Assembly (NCBI RefSeq): GCF_009914755.1
Contig: NC_060942.1
Reading direction: 5' to 3' (one strand)
Length of the DNA: 64,000 nt
Origin: the human T2T-CHM13v2.0 reference genome, Homo sapiens
Below, piece after piece: positions 54,292-64,000 of this stretch (the stretch's first letter is position 1; every line of letters starts with the position of its first letter). The position numbers and the translations under genes were made by a program. The notes beneath the pieces are model-generated. The model saw nothing but the letters and a program-made list of their open reading frames with translations. It searched no databases and had not been told where the DNA came from.

Positions 54292-57200
54292 TTTCCCCAG
54301 ATTTGCAGGGAATCGGCGTTTCAGCAGACGGCTGTTGGAGAAGAATTAACAATTAATGTCCACTGTATCAGCCAAAGCCGGCAGAAAATATGTTATACTC
54401 CAGAAACTACAGAGAGCTGAGATTGCTCAAAGACGTTTGGCTGTTAGCTTGGTCCTCTGCTGGCCAAAAATGTAATCCATTCTCACATTGGTCCCATAAG
54501 TAAGGGACATTAATCGCAAGGGTAAATAAGGAATATTATTTGTATGCTTATTTTCTCAGTCTTATTACATTTTCTTCTGAAAGTTTTCCTCATATTTTAA
54601 TTAGAAAACAATCATTACTGGGCTAGAGGGTGATTATAAGCTAACCAATTCTGATGTGAGTTCACTTTGCGACTGCTTAAAAAAGGAAACCACCAGATGA
54701 AACACATGGGCTGCCTCTCCGAATCCATATGGGCGCTTGCAGGGAATCACAAACCGAGGCGCGAGGGCTGTGGTAGCAGGCAGATTTCTCCTGTTTTCGT
54801 AACCTTTATTTTTCTACAACAAGGCTGTTTGAGTCAAGAGCTTGAACACCGCAGATGTCATTGTCTTCATCAAAAGGCAAAGACATCCTTTGTCACACAA
54901 AAGGAGAGTTAGGGAAGCCAGTAAAAGGGAAGGGCAAAGAGGTCGTGTGGTACATTCTCAGCGCTGCTTCTTGCATTTTTCCGTCTTAGTGTTTGCAACC
55001 TTCATTCCCACTTTTTCCAGTCCTGCCTTGCTGGGTACTGAAAGGTAAACTCCTTCTAATGATGACAGAGCACAGTGGGAGGAGGGCACTGTAAGATTCT
55101 GCTCTCCTGCCTGGATCCTGACGACCTTCTTTGCTTGTAGATACGACCACATTGTGGGTAGCCAGTGGTGCAGTGGCCAGGTTGATTAGCAGAACCGCAG
55201 GATTCTCTTGCGGGCATTGGTCACACTCTGAAATGTAAAACCTATGCCTTCCGTATCGTGCCCCTTCCCCTTACTTTTTGTGTCCTGACTTCTTCCTTGC
55301 CCAGAAATAGCAGTCTGTCAAGTTTAAATTATTAACTGCTTCACCCTCCCTCTGCCACGCTGTCTGCCGCTCACATTTGCAGGCTGGAGAGAAAAAGAAT
55401 GAAACCTATGTATTTCCCTCAAGTTTCAAAATTCACAAATTTTGCTTTTTGTGAATTCATGGTGTGCATAGTTTAGATTTAGAAAAATATTCCCAGTGCC
55501 AGCTCCTCTGGTGTGCATTTTTTTAAAAAAGCACACATTTTCAATCAACAGCATCAACAACTCAGAACCCAAGCTGGTGGAGAAGGGTGAGTAGGGGGCT
55601 GCCCATGGGGAAGCAGAGCATCTTCCCTCCTGGCAGGGAAAGGCTCATCTCTTGACCCAAGGTGCCAATTACTATTTTAACCATCCTCCCCCACTGCCCA
55701 AGAGGCAGCTGGAAAGGAATCAGCATGCTGGGAGTTCCCAGAGCGTCTTGCTGGCTCCCCAAGGCTTCCAGGCATTTGCCCATCTGGTGAGGCCTCCGGA
55801 GCAGGGGGGCTAATTAGGCGTCATCTGGCCACCTGAGAAGGCTTGGTGGACCTCCTCTGGCTTCCCCCTCCTCCAGGCAGGACGCTGCTCTGACAGCTGC
55901 GGATCTCTGGAGTTTGTTTGGTTTAGCAGCTGCCCTGGCTAATTATTGGATAGCAGGGTCCCCAGGTGGCTGCCTCAGACTGGAGGGGGTGGGGTGAGCA
56001 GAGAGAGAGTCCAGGAACAGAAAGGGGCAGGGAGGGGAACGATATGAGGGGTAGTAAGAGAGCTATCTGAGGAAGAAACAGAGCAGCTGGATAAACATTC
56101 AATTCAAATCTCAGGGGCTGGAAGATGAGGAAGGGGTTTCCTGACTCCTGGCGGGAGAGTTGATCCCATAGGTGGGCCCACCCATGACAGAATACCAGCC
56201 CCTACACACACACCTCCTGCCACACCATGATATTCTGTACTCATCCCGATTTCTTCCCTTTTAGCACTGCCCTCTGCCTAGACTTACTCCTTCAGTCTAG
56301 GAACTAACCAAGAGCTTTTCATTAAGAGAACATGGCCTTACTGTCCTAACTGGGGGTGGAGAGGGTGGGTGTGAACATTTTTAGAAAGAGGATGTTGTAT
56401 GCAAAATTATTGTTTACTGTTGTTGGAATTTTAGGCCTCCAGGCATGTAAGTATTTTAACCCTCGTGTCCCTAAACCATGACAAGTGCCCAGAGAGTTGA
56501 ACACTCATAGGCAAGTCGGTCTGCCCACCACTTCTGGGGTATTTTCTCTTTCTCTTCTGGGCAGGCACGGCATGACATGGGACAAATAGGAAGAATTTGG
56601 GGATGAATTAAGAGGAAGCAGAATAAAATCTGCAAGGGGCTGTATTGCAAAAGATGCTACTTCCAGGACACTGAAATCCTGCTGTCAGTTTGAACCCTCA
56701 CTTGCTAAGCAGCTAGATTGAGACACTGAAACACTGAATTACATAGTTTTCTCTTTTGTAATGTAGGATTATTTGAAGCAATAAGGTGGAGGTGGGAGGG
56801 TACTCCCTGGACTGGGACAAGATGAGCTCCAGTTTCATTTCTGGTCATGTTATATCTGTGGTATGTTGCTTTGGATTAAGTCATCGCATTTCCTCTCCAG
56901 TCCAATGTTCCTATCTTGACACTGAAAATGTGAGAATACTTTTTTCAGTATGCCAGAACTTAACCATTTTCTGAGAATATTAGAGGTTAGAATTTTATGT
57001 TTCTCTATTTTGTTGAACTGTACCCAAGAAGGAATGGCTTTCTGTGTCCCCCTCACCCCCAAACTGCCATTGTGAGACTCAAGGCCATTTTATACTAGGA
57101 AAGGAAAACCACTGGATGGAGAACAGCTGTTTTGAGACTCATCACATATGCCCCAAACATCAGAAAGGTGGGAGCTCTGCAGATGTGCAATACTTGTTGA

Positions 57201-57769
57201 CAGCTGTAGTAATAATTGGAAGGGTGGTTGGGATTTTCGTGATGGCAGGAAGATAATCTTGTTAAGGTTTTGATGTCTTGTCTGGTTCCTCACAACTGCC
57301 TACCCATCCTTTGCAATTCCAAGGCTGAGATGGGAAGCCTTAGCCTGGAATAGAAGAGTTCAGAGATTTGGATCCATCAAGCAAGATTCACAATGATGAG
57401 CAATTCTCTTCAGAGAACTAGAACACTTTGATGCCATTAGCTGGAGACTGCAGTCATCCTTGTCCCTGACTCCCTAAAGCCCTCGGGGCATAAATCCCAG
57501 GCACACAGAATGGACCCAGAGGGAGCAGAAAGGAAAGCAAATGAGGGGCTTCTTTCTACTAACTGGTGTCAGCTTTCAGAAGGGTGTAAAATAGTGGAGA
57601 TTGAATTTCTTCAGTTTGGGGATAAGAGTCATTGTTTTAAATTAGTCTGGGACCAAGATAGACCCCAGAGGATAAATGTTACATTTTTCTGCAGGTCACT
57701 AAATATCCTAGATTTGTGTTACAGCTCCAGTAGAAAATGATCAAACCTTTCATTAAAGTCTGTAGTTCT

Positions 57770-58100
57770 TCATGGGAACTCTAAGGCCTCTGAGAGTTGA
57801 TTTGGTCCAGCTTGTCACTCTGGTAGGTTCCCCTCCAGTGTCTCTGAGGAGTGGAAACCCATTGTTTACTTGACTACCCCTCAATAGAAGGAACCCAGTA
57901 CATTCCATCCTGGGCATTTTAAGTGCTTAGAGAACTGTTCCTTATTTTGAGCTGAAACCCTTTTCTTGAAACTTCTGCTCACTAATCCCTTTTCTGCCCT
58001 TTGGAGCTACACAGGATAAATATAGTCCCCTTTTCAGATGAAAGCTCTTCAGATAGTTGAAGCCAGTTATCACATTCTTTAAGTTTTCCTTTGTACAAAA
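57770..58100 (-). mobile_element. L3/CR1 3' fragment
   Basis: TTCCTTATTTTGAGCTGAAA...TTCTGCCCTTTGGAGCTACACAG...CTTCAGATAGTTGAAG. Confidence 0.6.
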
Positions 58101-58249
58101 TGCACATTTCAAGTCTAAAAAGAAGCTATAAATACTCTCAATATTTCCAATAAAGGGAAATTAATATAAGGCAATTAATAAAGGCAAAAGTGAGAAAACC
58201 CACAGATTAGTAAATTCAGGAAGAGACTTCCATTCCTACAGAATGAATA

Positions 58250-58750
58250 GGAAGTGTCCTGTTGCCTGGAATCCCAGTGGGGTGGGGGTGGGGAGCACCC
58301 TAGGCAGAGTGGGAACCATGGCAGAGGTACATGGACAGCGCTGGTATTACCAAGGGGAATTGAGCTGCTGGTGCTGGAACATCTGAAGGGGCACTGCCTG
58401 GTTAATGCTGGGACCACCATGGCTGCTGCTGGCATCACTAACATGCTGCATCTCAGCAGGTGAGATCGGCACTGGCTCCAAGGAAGAGGTTTTCCATGCA
58501 GATGTGGAAACTGCCAAAAGACCTTGGATGTGAGCTGCCACCTGCTGCTGGAAAGATGTGGAGAGAACTTGGATTCAGGAAGAGAGCTGCTTCTTCCCTC
58601 CTCCCATATCCCAGTTTCTTGCCGTGCTTTCCATTGGCATACCCTAACTGAAAGCCACTGGCAAGAGACTTGCAGAAATTAACTTTCCAGAGTCTCAGGC
58701 CCTCTAGATTACAGAGAAGAGGACGGAAGAGAGGGAATGGGGCCTGAGAC
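58250..58750 (-). mobile_element. Old ERV-L LTR (LTR16/LTR33-like)
   Basis: TTCCATTGGCATACCCTAACTGAAAGCCACTGGCAAGAGA. Confidence 0.45.
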
Positions 58751-59899
58751 AAATACCTTCATAGTGTTCTTCCTAAAATGTAAAACCAATAATTGAAAAC
58801 TAAACTCTACATAAGACGGGAATAAAGCTGAGCGATGTAGCTAGCCTCACCCTTGCATTGACAGTAGAGTGTTATTAAAATCAAATACGTGTGGCATAAA
58901 CACTGTTGTTCTCGGTTACTGAGCTTGCAGTCAACAACATCCTTTATTTACATGAAGCAGGTGAGGCAAAACCTGTATTTTTGAAAATGAGTGACTGAAG
59001 TACAAGTCTCTGGTGGATATATTTGTATATTCTTTTTCTCTCTTTCCTGGCATACTGCCTCTTTCTTCTGGTAATGGTGCCCTTCTTTTTCCCTTGGGAA
59101 ATTGCCCTCTTCTATCCATGTGGCTGTCCCTCAGTCACATGACTCCAGGAGCCCTAATCACAGGGAGGGCACAAGAGACGAGCTCTGAAACTTGAGTAGA
59201 AACACTGAGGGACAGATGGATGGTGGATCTGAAGCTGTACGTGGCACTTCCCTGCAGATGCAGTCTTTGGGTTGTCTACTGACATCCTGAAGCTACTCTG
59301 ATTCTTGGCGTTCTCAAGATCTGGTTGTTCACCTTTTCTGTTATTGCATCCACTGCCCAGTGTTCTTCCTACAAAATCTTTTCTTGCTTTGGTTAGCCAG
59401 GGTCTATTTCTGTTGCTTGCACCAAAGAACCTAGAATGACATGCAGTCTAGTTACTTATATTCCCTATGGGTGAGAAGACACCATCTGGCTTAGGGGAGA
59501 GCCATGAAATACTGACCCTCCAGCCAGCATACCAGCTATTCCTCCATCCTTCTATCCTCACAAATATTAGAAGCATAATGAGTTATGGCCGACCTGGAAA
59601 GTGAACTTATGGTGATATGCTGGAGAGATTTGTCCTTATTGCAGTGGAGTTTTAAAACCTGTGATGCAGATAAATACATGGAAAGAGATTTTCATGCAGT
59701 CATCTTGATGTGGCTATTTTAATTTGGTCATATCAAAATGGGTAACTCAAAATAGCTTACATTTTATATCAAAATATTTCTTAAAATGTATCATTTTTTA
59801 TTCTCTAGCAATGGATATCTCAGAGCCCTGTCCCATTCCTGGGCTTGACCTGACTACATTTCTAAAATTCGCTGAGAAATGGAATAAAGATCAGGAATG

Positions 59900-61600
<1,701 letters not shown>

Positions 61601-62551
61601 TAGGCTGGTTGTGCCCATTGTGCTAATATTAAGGTGATGAATTATAGTGAAAGAGATCAGATCTGTGTCAAATCTCCACAGACCTGCTGATGATCTTAAA
61701 AAATCTACTTGACTCATCTGACTTGTCTAAGAGAGTTTTAAAAAAATATGGTCAACTGTACAGCTTTGCAGGCTTGCCATTGAAACTGTAAGGTATAAGA
61801 AATGCCAATAGCTCCATAAATAGAAGCCATTATTATTACTGCCTTAAGTTTTTGATATTTTGGGAAAATTTCTTGCCCTAACATTTGCACTAGTATATGT
61901 GTAGAAGTTAGTAATATAGTGTGAATAAGTTAAAGCTACAAGAGAGACATTAGGGTTGAAGTATAAATATATTGTTGGCCAATACATACTGGGCAAATGG
62001 CTGGAACATTCTGCGTTCCCATTTCTTTATAAAACAATCGTAATTCATGAGGTTGTCACAAAAATTTAAATAAGTGAATATATGTAGTTGCTTAGAACAT
62101 CACTTGGCACATATCCAGCACTTCATTTGCTCCTAATATTAATGTGCCAAGGACTGGAATGTATGAATGTGGAGTTGAGAATGCCAGCAGTACTAAGCAT
62201 TTTTATGTATGTAAGCCAGGATATATGAAAGAACATTAAGAAATCCTTAGAGAGAAACAAGCCTATGGAAAATGAGTGAAAGAAAATCACTGAAAAGTGT
62301 TAACCAAAAAGTGTAAATTGATATCATTCCATTGAGAAACACGAACATTTTTGGAGGTGATGGATTTAGAGTCATTATACTGTAGAAGACTGGACCACAA
62401 AGGCAGCTGAGCATCAACCATCAATTTTGGGGTGAATCTTGCTGAATCATTGGAGCCATTGTCTGAGCTGTTTATACACATGCCCCCTGTCCTTTTATGG
62501 AACTGGAGGTGTGCACCATGCTCCAAGATGGATGTTCATCTACATTTGGAT

Positions 62552-62999
62552 TTTGAAAGGAAAATAAATCTTAGGGCACCAAAATCACCAAGCTAAAGGG
62601 AAAGTCAAGCTGAGAATTTCTTAGGGCAAACCTGCCTCTCATTCTATTCAAAATCATCCCTCTGCTCAGAGAGCTAGATGCATATCTGATTGCCTCTTTT
62701 GGAAGGCCAATCAGAAACTCAAAAGAATACAATCATTTGTCTCTCACCTACCTGTGACCTGGAAACCTCCTACCCGCTTTGAATTGTCTCACCTTTCTGG
62801 ACAGAACCAATGTACATCTTACATATATTGATTGATGTCTTATGTCTCCCCAAAATGTGTAAAACCAAGCTGTGCCCTGATCACCTTGGGCACATGTTGT
62901 CAGGACTTCCTGAAGCTGTGTCATGGGCATGCACTCTCAACCTTGGCAAAATAAAAATTTTAAATTAACTGAGACTGTCTCAGATATTCGGGGTTCACA
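62552..62999 (+). mobile_element. MER4A-type 5' LTR
   Basis: TGAAAGGAAAATAAATCTT...AAGTCAAGCTG...GGGCACATGTTGTCAGGAC...GGGGTTCACA. Confidence 0.88.
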
Positions 63000-64000
63000 T
63001 TTGGTAACAACAGAGGGATTCTGAGTGGAGATGCCCCTGACCTTTGACTAATCTCTTATTGATGCTTGGTACCAACATGAGCTAACTTTATGGCTCAAAC
63101 CAATAGCATAATTTACTGAGGCCTGAGAGCACCTCCCTCCAGGGAATCCTTAAGCTTCCCAAATTTGGTTGAGATCTAAAATTTATTTTGCTGTACAACT
63201 CCTCTTTTTTTTGGAGTTTTACTTGCTTCCAACACAAGAAGGGCACGTTTTTCCTGCTTCTATGACAATGAAAGGCAGGTAACTCCTTTTCCTTTATGAA
63301 ATTTGAGCTCACTTCCAACAGAGAAGATGAGTTGTTGTTGTTGCTTTTTTTCCTGCTTCTAGGATGACAGAGAGTAGTCTTCAGCCTGAGACCAATCCCT
63401 AGCTGAATTGGGGTTTGTCTTGGCTAAAGTAACTGAATTGGGGTTTGTCTTGGCTAACTTGAAGATTAACAACCAGCTGGTCTTATTTTCTCCTTACTAT
63501 TAGAATGCTCAGTAATCATGTAAGTTGTGTGATCATTTGTTTGTTTTGCTTAACTGGTTCTTTTTGTTGTTTGTTTGTGTCTGTTTTTGTTGTTTCAGTG
63601 TTTTTCCCATTGGATTTGATCAACTCTATCCAACTTGATCAAATTGAAGGAAAGTTCCAAATTATGGGGAGCAAGGCCTCTGAAGTGGCTAAATTCCCAC
63701 TTACACAAAAATGGTGGTGTGGTGGGGGAGAAAAATGGCCAGCAAAAGAAAGAAAAAAAAAAAAGGGAAAGATTTTTTATTTTGACTACTTAAGGGGTTT
63801 TATTTATATAACAAGGCCACCTGTTTGCTAGCTAGGCCTAACTGAAAAAGCAATGGCTGTCACCCCATGCTGCAGTTTCATAGCTAAGGTTCTGCTTTCT
63901 TTTTTTCACCATGACAACCTGGCTTTGGTTCCTAAATCAAGCTCTTTCTTGTTTGATACTTGGTACTTCTGAAATAGCAGCAGTTTGTCCTAGCTGAAAT
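63000..64000 (+). mobile_element. MER4-group provirus internal leader, continuing beyond the window
   Basis: Follows the LTR and PBS directly; T-rich leader; contains a 25-bp duplicated segment at 63403-63427 and 63433-63457. Confidence 0.8.
63002..63019 (+). other. Retroviral primer-binding site (probably tRNA-Arg)
   Basis: TGGTAACAACAGAGGGAT two nt after the LTR end; 15/18 match to the complement of a tRNA-Arg(TCG) 3' end as I recall it (TGGTAACCACGAAGGGAT). Confidence 0.6.

Noticed and set aside
54960-55050. Possible exon bounded by CTCAG and AAG/GTAAAC
   Set aside because: Weak polypyrimidine tract and donor, no partner exons identifiable; unsupported without RNA data.
55775-55835. Two additional CAGATG-containing CTCF-like words on minus
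   Set aside because: Mismatches at core positions; better explained as plain E-boxes or chance.

Overview
Primate (almost certainly human) non-coding genomic DNA, intronic or intergenic and dense in transposable-element relics. I find no credible intact host gene, RNA gene or CRISPR-like system. Main contents: (1) a minus-strand HERV-H provirus (3020-7750) with an intact 3' LTR7 and decayed gag/pro/pol; almost all of its 5' LTR, PBS and proximal leader are missing, yet the terminal LTR bases and the 5-bp TSD remain; (2) a processed RSL24D1 pseudogene (44783-46466, minus) inserted into an L2 and itself interrupted by an AluY; (3) an old ERV-L gag-pro relic (~50900-52450) split by a complete solo ERV1 LTR; (4) the 5' LTR, PBS and leader of a MER4-type provirus running off the right edge; (5) eight near-full-length Alus, many MaLR/ERV LTRs, L1/L2/L3/MIR fragments and DNA transposons, several of them nested; (6) a strong CTCF-like motif at 54273-54291 in a repeat-poor block; (7) several short tandem duplications, one with a hairpin/template-switch signature. 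Repeat family names come from my recollection of consensus sequences, not a database search, so subfamily calls and boundaries without a TSD are approximate. I cannot claim a new biological system. The most unusual signals are structural: two LTR elements lacking their 5' end but keeping their TSD, the nested insertions, and an orientation switch near 50 kb.
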